NCBI RefSeq assembly: GCF_037042905.1
Contig: NC_087251.1
Span: 18,972,001 to 19,036,000 of the forward strand
Reading direction: 5' to 3'
Length of the DNA: 64,000 bases
Source of the DNA: Lytechinus pictus
Lineage: Eukaryota
Shown: positions 12,601 to 25,016 of the stretch, piece by piece
Position numbering within the stretch: the stretch's first letter is position 1
Layout of the letters: each line of letters opens with the position of its first letter
Translations under genes and position numbers: made by a program
The notes under the pieces: generated by a model
Database searches by the model: none
The model's input: only the letters and a program-made list of their open reading frames with translations
What the model was told of the DNA's origin: nothing

Positions 12601-15600
12601 AGAGCAGGATTCATTCAACAAATTAATCCTGCTTGATACTCATTTACCATGCTCCTGTTGAGTGTTCCATGAGTTTTTATTCAAATAAAGTTAATGTTGT
12701 TTTTCTAAGAATATCTTACTTCTGTTCTTGAGACTACACAGATTAAATGTGAGAATATCTCTTACATCATTAGCGACGGAGAACAATCAAATCATGAACT
12801 CACTCTGGCTAAATTGGAAGACGTAGCTGAAGGACCAAGGCCAAATTTGCTCTCTATGTCTGTCTTCATTGTCTCATAGTTGAATGTCTGCGGGTTGTAT
12901 TCCATTGTAACAACAGCTCCTGGGGATTGACGTGAAAAGGATGTCAAAATAAGTTTGCCTTTTATCATAAATAGGTGGCATACATAAGTTGTAACTGCCA
13001 AAGACAGTAAATACTGATATCTATTTCTGGAATCTTAATGAACTTGTTCATAGATGTTCCAGTTCTGAATTTCATGTACTATTAAACTGCAGTCATTTAG
13101 GTAAAATCGAGTATGATTTTGAAGTAATTCTGAAGATTCTTTCTTACTATTTGCAAGAAATTGAAAATCATGAAACAATTTTAGTTGTTTTTCAATTTGA
13201 ATTTAGGAACTGCATCCTAAAGATAGCAGAAGATTGTCCAAAATTAACAGTTTTGCAATAAACAATAAACTGAAATAGTTACCACTACCACACCATTGTT
13301 GTTNNNNNNNNNNNNNNNNNNNNNNNNNNNNNNNNNNNNNNNNNNNNNNNNNNNNNNNNNNNNNNNNNNNNNNNNNNNNNNNNNNNNNNNNNNNNNNNNN
13401 NNNNNNNNNNNNNNNNNNNNNNNNNNNNNNNNNNNNNNNNNNNNNNNNNNNNNNNNNNNNNNNNNNNNNNNNNNNNNNNNNNNNNNNNNNNNNNNNNNNN
13501 NNNNNNNNNNNNNNNNNNNNNNNNNNNNNNNNNNNNNNNNNNNNNNNNNNNNNNNNNNNNNNNNNNNNNNNNNNNNNNNNNNNNNNNNNNNNNNNNNNNN
13601 NNNNNNNNNNNNNNNNNNNNNNNNNNNNNNNNNNNNNNNNNNNNNNNNNNNNNNNNNNNNNNNTATCAAGAAGACCACAATACACCCCAGTTATTGCAAC
13701 AAAATATTCTTATAGTATATAACAACTTTATTGTTGAAAGTTGGATACTTAATACATAGTTTTTTCTGATAAATAGTTATTCTCATAAATGGACAAGAAA
13801 GCTGAAATAATTGCTTACCACATACTGGGCAACATCCTCCAACAGGGATAGGTGCATTCCGGCAGGTAAGGGGAGGACAGGTGCTCTTGAAGCCACAAAT
13901 CTTTGTCCTAGTCTGAAACAAGAAAATAATTTCTAATATTTACTTCTGTGCCATATGACATTGATCACATTGCATAAAGTGCAGATGTTCCACTGAGCAT
14001 CATCAAAATATATCATTAGAATAAAAAATATGTAATTTGTTTCAGAAGTCACACATTGCATAAAGAGTAATCCAGTAGTGCTTATCCAGGTTTATGCACT
14101 TTCCAGGGCAACATTATGAAAATTCAATGAATCATCATCGATCATGAGTGATGAAATACATGTATGGTTTACAAACCTGATTCGAGACTGAGTGCTATAC
14201 ATACAGAGTCAGCCTGAGCAGGAATTTGCCATACCATACACATATGCTGTTTCCTGTCTAAGTGATCTTTCTTGACATTCTAGAAGAAACTAACAAAATT
14301 CCATGATTCTTTGCTTCTTGAATAAAGAAGTTTCTATTCCATGACTTTCTAGTTATTTCCCAAGCTATTGAAACCTTTCATATTGACTTACTGGTTCAAC
14401 ATCATTCCCACAAACACAGCCAGTCAGGTCATTACACTGGGAGTTCTTCAATAGAATGGTAGGATTGTTGGACAGGGAGAACTGCTGCTGCCCAGATGGT
14501 GAACTGAGGAAGCTTGAGAATGCACTGGTAGATACAAAACTCTGAAAGAAAGAAAGAACAGAAACAGGAATAGAGATGATAAAATAGATGCACCAAGAAT
14601 TTTGTGCTACATGTATATAAAATAATACATTGTGTGTACTATTTGTGCAAATACGGCATGTAATAAAAATTAATGGTATTAATAATGATTCCAATTGATC
14701 ACAAGTGGTTTCAACCTTCAGTTGCATAATTCAACACAAGTACTCAACAAGTACCTCAGGTACACAAGAGAAACATGTGGAATGCCTCTGGCAGTCTATA
14801 GTCTCGCTCTGCTATGCAGGCGAGAAAAAAAACCCACAGACTTCTGCACAAGTCAACATCAGAAATAGCTATGAAGCTCATGAGTCATGACAACAGCTTT
14901 GTTGGAACCAAATCTCTAGAGAATACATACATAAATTCAATTATATGGAGTTAACAATAGCATGTTCCATTATCACTTTGACCTTTAAATTATGATTGTT
15001 AAGTTTTTTATCTGAATGGTCAACTTATGCAAGACCTAAAGTTTTTTTAAAGAAAAAAAAAACACTGTTAAAATATCTTCCTGAAAATTAAAATCTTGAA
15101 TATACTAACCTCCCCGGCAAGGTTGACTGTGCCTACAGTGGTACTGAGGTCTACTTCGACTGAGAATAGTTTCTCAGTCGGGAAGATGACCTGATCAAAC
15201 TGACATGGTATGCTCTCTGTATCCACTGCAACTGGACCATTAGCTCCAACCCAGTTCACTGGGTTATACCAACTCTTGGGTGTGTCAGCAATAAATGTTT
15301 GCTCTATGTAAGAAAATAAAGAGAGAATAATAGGCTATATATTATTGCACCATTCAGTGATGAGATAAAGCAAATGCATTTCCAGCCCAGCCCCCCCCCC
15401 CCCCATAAAAGGCATTACAGTACCCACATTTCTTATGAAAAGCCTTCCTTTTTTATAATAATTAGTGTTTCTTATTTGCAATAATATATACATATATATA
15501 TTTTTTTGGGGGGGGGGAGTATCAAATAATTTTGGTCCAATAAGGGGAAAAAATAGTATATACTTTCATATCTGTCAGAGATTTGAATGCATTCTCTATC

Positions 15601-18600
15601 ATAACATTCTAGATATGCCCTTGGAGAGTGATACAGAAAAAATAACCACTGAACAGATGTCTACCGGTACATATAAAGTGCAAACACTTCAAAAGCAGAT
15701 AATTAGAATCTTTGCTTTATTATTTATGATTCCAAACAGTGACAAACAAAGCTCTTTTCCTCAGGAAACAAGCAAAAAGCTTTGATACTATATTGAATTC
15801 TACACTTTTAATTGACTTTTCTTGAATTGGGTAATATTAACATGCAATGTATTTATTATAAGAGATAACAGTTACAGTATCCTCCTACCTTCCCCTGTGC
15901 AATCTGGCTGGACGCTGGAGTCGTCAGTGAAAGCAAGTTTTAAATTTTTGTCCAGGACAAGTGCTCCATTGAGTGGAAGAAGTATCTGTTTCAATGTAGA
16001 GTTGGTCTGCATATATACTATGTTGACCTGGATGTGAAAACATAACAAATAAGGTTATGTTCTACACATGAACAATAATTACAGCTCTAATTTATTCAAA
16101 CTCGGCTATTCATTTAAGCTAGCCAGTTCACAGGCTGCGCGTGGCTGCTACCCGCCGGCGCTCATCACTCAGGGTGCGATGGCATGTGCGGCGGCTGCAA
16201 GCGCTACTAATTCCAGTTTTCCACTTACCAGTTGTGAAGGTTGTGCACTAAACTAACCTTGCTGAACTAAAATCAAGCAAACCAAATATTTCTATGATCC
16301 AAATGATGGCCATCATTAATTTCAATGCAGATTCATAAACAAGCAAGATGCGATTTCACATTGACATGCTGCATGTAGTTATTAGACACTTTATGTTCAA
16401 TTTACCACAGGCTCAGTTATATAAGCTTCAGAAGATTCAGAATGCAGCTGCTCGCATCGTCACTTTGTCAATTAAACGCTCTCATATCACTCCCATCTTG
16501 AATTCACTGCACTGGCTCCCTATCAAAAATCGGATTATCTTTAAGATTTTGTTGCTTGCTTTTCATAGTATTCTTGGATCAGCACCACAATACAGTCTTT
16601 CATAATTTATCAATTATTACAGACCAAGCAGGTCTTTGCGCTCATCCACTTCTGGCTTCCTTGTTATTCCAAAAGTTTCAAAAACTTGGGGGGTAGATCA
16701 TTTGCTTTTGCATGCCCCACTTTGTGGAATAGCCTTCCAGAAGACATTAAAAAATGTACCTCTGTTGAAACTTTCAAAAATCTTCTAAAAACTGTTTATT
16801 TCACTCTTAGCTCTTTCTCTTAGCTCTTTATGTACCTTGAGCACTCTACACAATGGATTTGGCACTTTATAAGTCACATTATTATTATTATTATGATTCA
16901 GCATTAATTTTGCTTTTAACTATGCTAATTGCGCTGCGCTCAGTGGAACCTCATAAGGCATCTGCGCCGTCACTTCACTAGACTTGCCCGGTGGAGGCAG
17001 CCCGCCGTACGCTGTGCCTGAGTGATTCCATAGTTTTCAGTCAGACGAAAAATAGTGGAAAAAAAAATATTCTACTCTGATGTCACAAACTATTTTCATC
17101 TCCAATCAATTTCATTTTTCTGGTGAAATTATGATTAGTCACGTGAATGGCTTTTGACCAATTAAATACATGTAGCAACAAATTTTCAGTAAGGGATATA
17201 AAATCAACATTTCACAATTTTTAGGAAATTTATGTCTCCTATTAAAAGTACTTAAGTTTCATTTGATGAACTGTTTAAAGAATCTTATGATGCATGAAAG
17301 TGATGAAAACCACTGGCGTAAATCCCGGGGGGGGGGGGGGGATGGGGGGGATATATCCCCCCCACATTTCGAATAGGGGGGGATGGTCTGTACAAACATC
17401 CCCCCCACTTTTTACGAAAGTAATGGAAAAAAAAAATCACAAGAGATAATTGTTTTATTGGTGAAAATTCTTCCTGAAATACCGCTTAACAAATAAAACA
17501 ATATTATTGAATCATAAAATGCAAATAAAGAGCCAGTTCACCATTTCCAAACGAAATACATATGTCCTTATCATAACATTGAAGAGAAACTCCCGTTTCT
17601 TCCAATTCATCTATGTTGGGGTCTTTGGGAAGGGATTAAGATGAAATGTCAATTCTTTTTTAATGTAATCTCTAATAAAACCATTAAACCATCATGGGGT
17701 AAAAAAAATAATAATATTGGAGGTGTATTTGCCATATGGACATACAGTGGCGTAACTACGGGGGGGGGGGGGGGGGGGGGGCATGGGGGGCACGTGCCCT
17801 CCCAATCGGCTGACAAAAAAAAAACGGGGAAAAGGGGAAAAGGAGAAAAGAGGGAGAAAGGAAGAGAAGCGTGTAGTGGGAAAGAAGAAAATATTATTCA
17901 TTATAATGTTATATTATAATTATGTTATGTTACATTACATAAGAAACATTTTTATCATAACTTCATGAAACATAATTTGCCCAGGGCCTACGTCTTCATT
18001 GTTCCTGGTGCTTGTATTGTCTGTTAACGAGATATATAATCCTGTTGTACTGAAACATCCCGTTTTCAAGTCAATATAAACCAAATATATAGCACTTGAG
18101 TTATCATTGTTTTATATTATAATGTTATATTATAATTATGTTATGTTACATTACATAAGAAACATTTTTATCATAACTTCATGAAACATAATTTGCCCAG
18201 GGCCTACGTCATATGCTTCTTTTTCATGACTCAAAAAGTGATTGCCCCATGTTAAGGTCTTCTTATGAAACATTTCCTGTCCGTGATTACGTTCGCATTA
18301 GTGGATTGGTGAGATATGTCTGCTCTTCATGAATTCCTAAAATCAGTCCTTAAAATGTCCCTTCTTCTGATCTGAATATCAAAAATTTTCAACTCACGTT
18401 TTGCGCTCGCATCATTATATTGAATTACGTATGGTCCTAGTTAATTCCTACAAAGAAACCTTAGAATGCCCCACTTCAGGTCTGAATTATCTAAATTTTC
18501 AGCTCGCGCTTCGCGCTCACAATATTTGATTAGTAGTGAGATGCGTATGATAATCATGATTGCAATGACTACAAAAAGTGTTTCATGTGTTCAGATGTAA

Positions 18601-21600
18601 TTCTTATAAACCAGCAAGCGCTTGGCACTCGCATTAGATGACTATGGTGAGATATGCATACTCTTAATGGATTCCTAAAATATATTCCTCAAAATCTCGC
18701 TGTTTGGGGTCAAAATATACGAAAACTTCAGCTCGCGCTTCGCGCTCGTATTGTTTAGCGAGACAGGTACCTATCATGATTACACAAATTTGATTATAAT
18801 GTCTCTTTTTAGGTGTGAATATAAAAAAAATTCAGCTCGCGCTTCGCGCTCGTATTATTTGATCATGAGATGCATATCCGTTTAATGACATTGTCCAGAA
18901 AATGTTTCTATTATTAGGTCAGTATAACTGGCAACTGAGCGTGCTCACTCAGTGATTCAAACATTCGGGGGGGGGGGCACTTCCATTGACGAGTGGATAC
19001 CATGCGCGACCATGGGGTCTCGAAAAGCACCCTAAACACGTATTTTCCATATTCTGAAAATGCACCCCTTAACAAGTATTGGCGTGTGAAACCGTACCCT
19101 TAACAAGTATTGGAAACAAAACGATACTCTTGACAATTTTCCCTGAAAAGAACCCCTAAACAAGTAGGGCCTAAAGTGATATGTCGCAGGTCCGTCGGTC
19201 GTCGGTTTTACCTTTACACATCATTTGGTTAAGTACGGCCCCACCTTCCACACCTCGCACAAATCGGACTCTAAACACGTAGCGTTGGGGCAAAAAGGAC
19301 ATCCTTAATAAAATATTTTAATTTTGTTTTATCATCCCCGCAAATTTTACCCTAAACACGTAGCTTTCCTAGCGAAATAGATACCCTTTTTTCACTATTT
19401 TTGTGTTTTTGACACCCTTATCACGTTACGTACGTAACGTGCCCTATCTTGAAAAAGACATCCTTTTTACGTGTTTTTTTGGTCGCGCATGGTATCCACT
19501 CGTCAATGTAAGTGGCCCCCCCCCCCCCCGGGTGGTGCCCCCCCCCCCCCCCCGGGTGGTGCCCCCTCCCCAATGCCGTGACCCACGGTACGCCACTGTG
19601 GACATATCAATGATAATTCCTTGCATATCTAAAAACATGACTGCAAAAAAAAAGCCAAAATATTTCAGTCATCCCCCCGACCCATCAACACGGATTTACG
19701 CCAGTGATGAAAACACTACCAAACAAAATTTGAATTACCAAAATCTGAAATGCAGATTTACTCAAGCAGCCCATGTATAATTTATAGGCACACCCTGCAT
19801 ATACATTGTACATGTACCTTCCAGGCTTCCAATCACCTCTATCTCTCAAAAAAGTTGGAATGCAATGAAAAATATAAAAATGTAGGATTTTACTGATCAT
19901 TGTCAACTAACATCATAACAAATGATAGAAATAAAGTTACAAAGGAAATTTTAATTGATTATTGAAAGCATGTCATATGCTACAGTTGAAAAATAACTGT
20001 GACCTACCGACTCACGGAACTTGATAGAGTCCGATGCACAAGGAACTCTCCCTTTATCCCAGTTGTTTGGGTTTCCAAAATTAACATCCTGTTGCCAAGT
20101 TTTGGTATCCCCATGGCAGACCCCTAACAGAGAGGGAAAAAATGGCATGGTTCTAAGAATATATCTTAAAGTTTACTCCTGGCCTGAAATAGAATGTGAG
20201 TTTAATAAACATTTACATGTAGGGTGATATTCTGATAAACCTAGGTTTAACCCTAGTCTAAAGTCTAAACTAGAATTTCAAACCTCCTTTCTACATGTAT
20301 GGAATGCTGGCTTCAAAATATTTCTTCCATATTCGTGGCAATTAGAACTTACCAATTAATTCATTAAAATTCATATTTTTGTATTTTCTAACTCTTCCCA
20401 TTTCATGACTCAATTAACTCTTAATTTACTTTTTGCAGCACAATAGGAATGATTTTTAATTGGTGAATGAGATAACAACTGGAACTCCACAAAAGTATAG
20501 TCGAACTTAGCCCCGGTTTAATATTAAACCACTGCTGTCAGAATACCAACCATGGAATACAATTAAAGAGGCAGAGACACAGAAATTGGAGAAAACGGTC
20601 ATCATAATTCATACATGTACATAGAGTTGCAGAGTAGAGAGGGGGTCTGATATCCAAACACTTACATGTAAATGGAATTGTCTACGGCAACAAAAATTGG
20701 ATTTGAATAAAAAAGAAAAAATCAAACACGCATATTACTGAAAATTTTATCAAATCGAATGTAGGTAAGAAAGCTACATTTGAAAATTTCGCTTTTTTTC
20801 ACAAAACAGTTAATCACTTTTCTTCATATTGTGTTTTCTTCATATTTACTCTGCAGTGCTGCAAAGTATAATGAATATGACCCCGAGTTTGAATAAATGG
20901 TATCTGAGTGGTTTTGAATTTTTCCTCACATAGAAACAAAGCATTTGGCGAACTTTTGGTGTTTTAAAAAGCACATTTGCTATAATAAAAGTGCTGATAG
21001 TTTGAAAACAAGCACATGAACTCCTATTTTTTAATGTTTGCACCTCTTCGGTATACCTTCCTCTGCAACTTTGCAAAGTTTGGTGAAAGTGACATGGGTT
21101 TTATGAAGTGCAGCATTTATTGTACTTTTCAAATTGGTTATTGAAATATCACATTTTGTAGATTGGGTTTTTCTTTCACATCATTTTTAAGAACTGACAG
21201 TACTGTTAGAGCAAACAAATAGCAATATACATGTAAATACATTCTCCATCTTAATAAGGATACAATTACATGTATTAACAATATTGCAAAATTTGATGAA
21301 ATTTTAATGGATTTTGACTGAGTAATAGAGGTTTACATCCATTTGGGTGAACTTTGAAGCTCTATAGCAAAAAATCAAGCACAAGGACCCATGTTATTGT
21401 TAAGTTTTGCATATCTGGAATATTCAGGTGCTAAAGTATCTAGATGTGCAAAGTCTAGTGAAAAATGACATGGATTTCAATTTAAATGTGAAACGTCCAT
21501 AAGTTCAGATATTCAATTTAATCACTGAATAACAAGCTTTGATATTTATTTTACTTTTGTTTACATTCTTGCTTAAGTTGTCATCCATTTCCATTTGAAT

Positions 21601-23251
21601 TTCAACCTGTTAACTGTAGAAACTTCAGCATTATGCTAGTATGATGGTGGTCCACAAGTCTGCGCACCTAACAATTTGAGTTAAGATTTAACATTAATTA
21701 CTTTTTCTTTCACAAAATCTTTCAGTTTATAATGTTCCTTATAATTATCATTATGAGTAAGTGTACCAAATATCTCATAAGAATTTGAAAGAAATATACG
21801 ATTTTCTTGGAAAAAACCTCGGGCTGTCATTTTCAGATTGAAAAAAAAAATGGTACCCCATGTCTGCGCACCCATTCACTTTGCACACGATTCAGGGATT
21901 TTGATGACAAAGGCTGCATTTTTAGGCTGTCACATGAAATGCCCAAAATTCATTATTTTTCCACCATTTTGAGTCAGATTTTTTAATGAATATCTGTCTA
22001 TGTATTGCATGTGTAAAGTCTGTGTTTGTTGCGTATCTTCTTTTACTAGAATCGCGCAGATACGCATGTGTGCAGACTTGGGGGAACTTGCCATAAGTTT
22101 TTTTTATTGAAAAAAAACTAAACTTGTTACTGCATGGTGTGGTAGTCTTGGCTCTTGTCCTTTATAAAGCAGATAAAAACATCAGTTAGTTAAATCTGGG
22201 TTTTATCACCATACATTACAATTACAAATTAATTGTCTCACATTACTTTCCCCGGTACTTTCAAAGTTCAAACAATTAATGAAATAGACCTAATCATGAT
22301 TGCAAAGTTCCCCGGGGGGCCACTTACATTGACGAGTGGATACCATGCGCGACCAAAAAAACACGTAAAAAGGATGTCTTTTTCACGATAGGGCACGTTA
22401 CGTACGTAACGTGATAAGGGTGTCAAAAACACAAAAATAATGAAAAAAGGGTATCTATTTCGCTAGGACAATTACGTGTTTAGGGTCGAATTTGCGGGGA
22501 TGATAAAACAAAATTAAAACGTTTTATAAAGGATGTCCTTTTTGCCCCAAAGAAGTGTTTAGAGTCCGATTTGCGCGAGGTGTAGAATGTGGGGTCGTAT
22601 ACTAAACCAAATGATGTGTATATAAAAGGTAAAGCCGACGACCGAAGGACCCGTAACAATAAAACATTCATGTACTTGTTTAGGGGTTCATTTCAGGGAA
22701 TATTTGCCAAGAGTATCGTTGTTTCCAATACTTGTTAAGGGTAGGGTTTCACACGCCAATACTTGTTAAGGGGTGCATTTTCAGAATATGGAAATTACGT
22801 GTTTAGGGTGCTTTTCGAGACCCCATGGTCGCGCATGGTATCCACTCGTGAATGGAAGTGGCCCCCCCGGGCAAAGTTCACGAAATTTCCATTCTTGTTC
22901 AGACATAAAAATAAAAACTGGGTATGGTACATGTAGTGCCATTGTGCCAACACATTAAACCAATGAGTTGTATCATAAAACCACTGTTTAATAGGAGTTA
23001 CACGTCAATTCCACTGCACCACCTTGACTGACTTGAGTTGTCACATAATGTAATGATCTGCATTATCTTTCTCAATCTGGTCTGGTACTGTAAAATAAAA
23101 GTCGACATGGTTGAGGACTGTCAAAACTAAGAATAAACTATTATTTCAAATCTTCATTTAACATGTTTAATTAAGATTTAAGAAATTAATCTTAATAATA
23201 CTAAGAAAGTTACATACCAAATAACAAGGTGAAAAGGACTAGGATCTTCAT
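9604..23251 (-). CDS. AMN: Protein amnionless (cubilin co-receptor), complete, 499 aa; complement(join(9604..9783,10531..10684,10912..11005,11568..11642,12027..12180,12804..12919,13819..13912,14392..14541,15110..15303,15889..16027,20008..20123,23218..23251))
   Basis: Signal peptide MKILVLFTLLFGVCHG; KTWQQDVNFGNPNNWDKGRVPC; ILLPLNGALVL; WYNPVNW...IPCQFDQVIFP; Cys-rich vWC-like CNDLTGCVCGN...CPPLTCRNAPIPVGGCCPVCGA; SEA-like region; TM GIAGIIIAVIVIICFISTMIFILM; tail with NPAF, FDNPMY, FSNPM. 12 exons with GT..AG boundaries and consistent phases sum to 1500 nt. Confidence 0.93.
11709..11805. repeat. Tandem duplication, 2 x ~49 bp
   Basis: TGCAAA(C/T)AAGAACAAGTC(A/G)TAAATGAGCAAT...TAAATCTCCCA occurs twice in AMN intron 8. 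Confidence 0.8.
13304..13663. other. Assembly gap (360 N)
   Basis: Run of N inside AMN intron 6; the flanking exon phases join without needing an extra exon. Confidence 0.99.
16395..16893 (+). mobile_element. 5'-truncated L2/CR1-group LINE 3' fragment, antisense within AMN intron 2
   Basis: Translation LQKIQNAAARIVT...SHITPILNSLHWLPIKNRIIFKILLL...APQY followed by frameshifted RSLRS and PTLWNSLP...FKNLLKT, typical of the L2 ORF2 C-terminus; ends in an (ATT)n tail. Confidence 0.88.
17745..19598. mobile_element. hAT-like non-autonomous element (middle layer), TIR CAGTGGCGTA, 8-bp TSD TGGACATA, carries ~120-bp internal tandem repeats
   Basis: TGGACATA at 17737-17744 and 19599-19606; internal ~90-bp duplication (~17902 and ~18118) and GCTCGCGCTTCGCGCTCG units at ~18390-18940. 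Confidence 0.9.
18966..19532. mobile_element. MITE (inner layer), ~40-bp TIR GGGG-CACTT(C/A)CATTGACGAGTGGATACCATGCGCGACC
   Basis: Same element as 22311-22871 in the opposite orientation; no clean TSD in this copy. Confidence 0.85.
22311..22871. mobile_element. MITE in AMN intron 1, CCCGGG termini, ~40-bp TIRs, 8-bp TSD CAAAGTTC
   Basis: CAAAGTTC at 22303-22310 and 22872-22879; internal CCCTAAACA/CCCTTAACAAGTATTGG repeats. Confidence 0.9.
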
Positions 23252-23900
23252 CGTGATGCACTTTCCAATTGATTAAACATCCACAACATTCCTGGTTTCG
23301 ATGTCGTGAGTTTCAGCGTCTTACCGTAATGTTCGTCGGTGTATATTGTACTGTTACCGTACCCGTTCCATAGAGATCCCGCTTTGGTGTTGGCTGGCGA
23401 CCGGTAGCGAGGGGGAGGTTCCCTTCGCCGTGGACCAAGGATCTAAGAACCAAGTACATCGAGATTGCAGGGATCAGCAGTGGCGGTTCCCGGTTAAGGT
23501 TCCGGGCGGCGAAATTATTTTTCCCACCGAGTTCTGGACCAACATATGAATATTCATGACTTGCGTCTTCGGATTGAGAGTACGCATGCGCGTGGACTTG
23601 GCCTCGACCAGTGCCGATCGTAAGCATTCACGTTTAGTTGCTCAGAATGAATTAGCATCGTCAAATTACCGGTACCCTTACATAGTTACATAGGCCTTAT
23701 AGGCTTAGATCTATATATACATCCAATTCTTAAACACTTATCAAACTAGCTGCCATTAATGGCAAGACATGTGCTAGGGTAGGGCTAGCTTAGGCTAGCG
23801 CATTAACTTTACCTCAAATCTGGACCTGTCTAATGCCTAATACTAATAGGAATAGCCGACTAATGCCATGGGTAACTTAGAACTTGTTAATTCTGAACTT

Positions 23901-24544
23901 TAATTGATTAGATTCCTATCCTGTTCATATTCTTTATAAGGCGCTATGAATGTCCAGTTGTTAGGTTGGAAAATAAAAAACTTTCAGCTCGCGCTTCGCG
24001 CTCGCATTCATTGTTTAGATTCTTATTCCGTTCATTATTAAGTGCTAAGAATTTCCAGTTTTTAGGTTGGAAATCAAAAACTTTCAGCTCGCGCTTCACG
24101 CTCGCATTAATTGTTTAGTTTCCTATCTTGTTCATATTCTTTTTAAAGTGCTATGAATGTCCAGTATTTAGGTTGGAAAAAAGTCAGCTCGCGCTCGCAT
24201 CTATTATTTATTTAAATTCTTATCCTGTTCATGATTTGAAAAATGTGTTACGAATGTCCAGTTTTTAGGTTGGAATATCAAAAACTATCAGCTTGCGCTT
24301 CGCGCTCACATTAATTGATTAGATTCCTATACTGTTCATATTCTTTTTAAAGTGCTATGAATGTCCAGTATTTAGGCTGGAAAATCAAAAACTTTCAGCT
24401 CGCGCTCGCATCTATTATCTAGTTAAATTCCTATTCTGTTCATGATTTGAAAAAGTGTTACAAATGTACAGTTTTTAGGTACTTCCTATCCTGTTCTTAA
24501 TTTGAAAAATCGTTACGAATGTCCAGTTTTTAGGTTGGAAAATA
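23901..24544. repeat. Tandem array of ~115-120 bp units with core CAGCTCGCGCTTCGCGCTCGC
   Basis: About 5 diverged units (GAATGTCCAGT...TAGGTTGGAAA...CAGCTCGCGCT...TTCCTATCCTGTTCAT); same family at ~18390-18940 and, inverted, at ~27320-27830. Confidence 0.85.
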
Positions 24545-24683
24545 AATATTAGCTTATTTGCCATGGTTTAATAATTATGTCTAGTCCGTATACAAAACCA
24601 GTCCTAGATCTAAAAAAAAATTATCTTAGTTCTAGTCTAGTCTCTATATCTAGACTCTGATCTACGCTGTATCAGCATGGAAC

Positions 24684-25016
24684 TACTAGTGTACCAAGGG
24701 GGGGGGGGAGACTGTCCCTCTGACGAGTCACAACTGATTCAGGGGACGTGCCCCCTTTGAGAAGCCAAATTATTAATGTAATTTGTAATGTGAAAATGCA
24801 ATGAAAAAGACGTATGTCCCCTTTTTTTAACATGAAGATCTTTTTTTTTTTTTTTTTTGCTTGTCAATTTTTTTTTCAGCTAAGAAATCCATAATTTGGG
24901 GTGAAGACCCTTTTTTTTGGGGGGGGGAGGGGGGGGGGGCTTGTCACATTTTTTCGCGGACGAAATATCCTCTAAAAAATTTGCCCCCCTTTTGGAAAAT
25001 CCTAGGTACACCAGTG
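24684..25016. mobile_element. hAT-like MITE nested in the foldback element (same family as 59413-59797)
   Basis: TACTAGTGTACC ... CCTAGGTACACCAGTG termini; CATGGAAC at 24676-24683 and 25021-25028 (4-nt filler CGTG). Confidence 0.75.

Larger units (their letters stand above)
17311..19706. mobile_element. hAT-like non-autonomous element (outer layer of nest), TIR CACTGGCGTAAATCC, 8-bp TSD ATGAAAAC
   Basis: TIRs at 17311 and ending 19706; ATGAAAAC at 17303-17310 and 19707-19714. Confidence 0.9.

Noticed and set aside
13203-13715. ORFs of 134-160 aa spanning N runs (also 62861-63340)
   Set aside because: Artefacts of assembly gaps.
23313-23627. Short ORFs on both strands in the AMN promoter
   Set aside because: They cross the transposon junction at 23509 and have no recognisable motifs; likely by-products of GC-rich promoter DNA.
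24715-24750. CTGACGA plus short stem resembling a hammerhead ribozyme core (also ~59465, and CTGATGA on the minus strand at ~1870)
   Set aside because: No correctly placed GAAA or stems I/III; the CTGACGA copies are MITE subterminal repeats.
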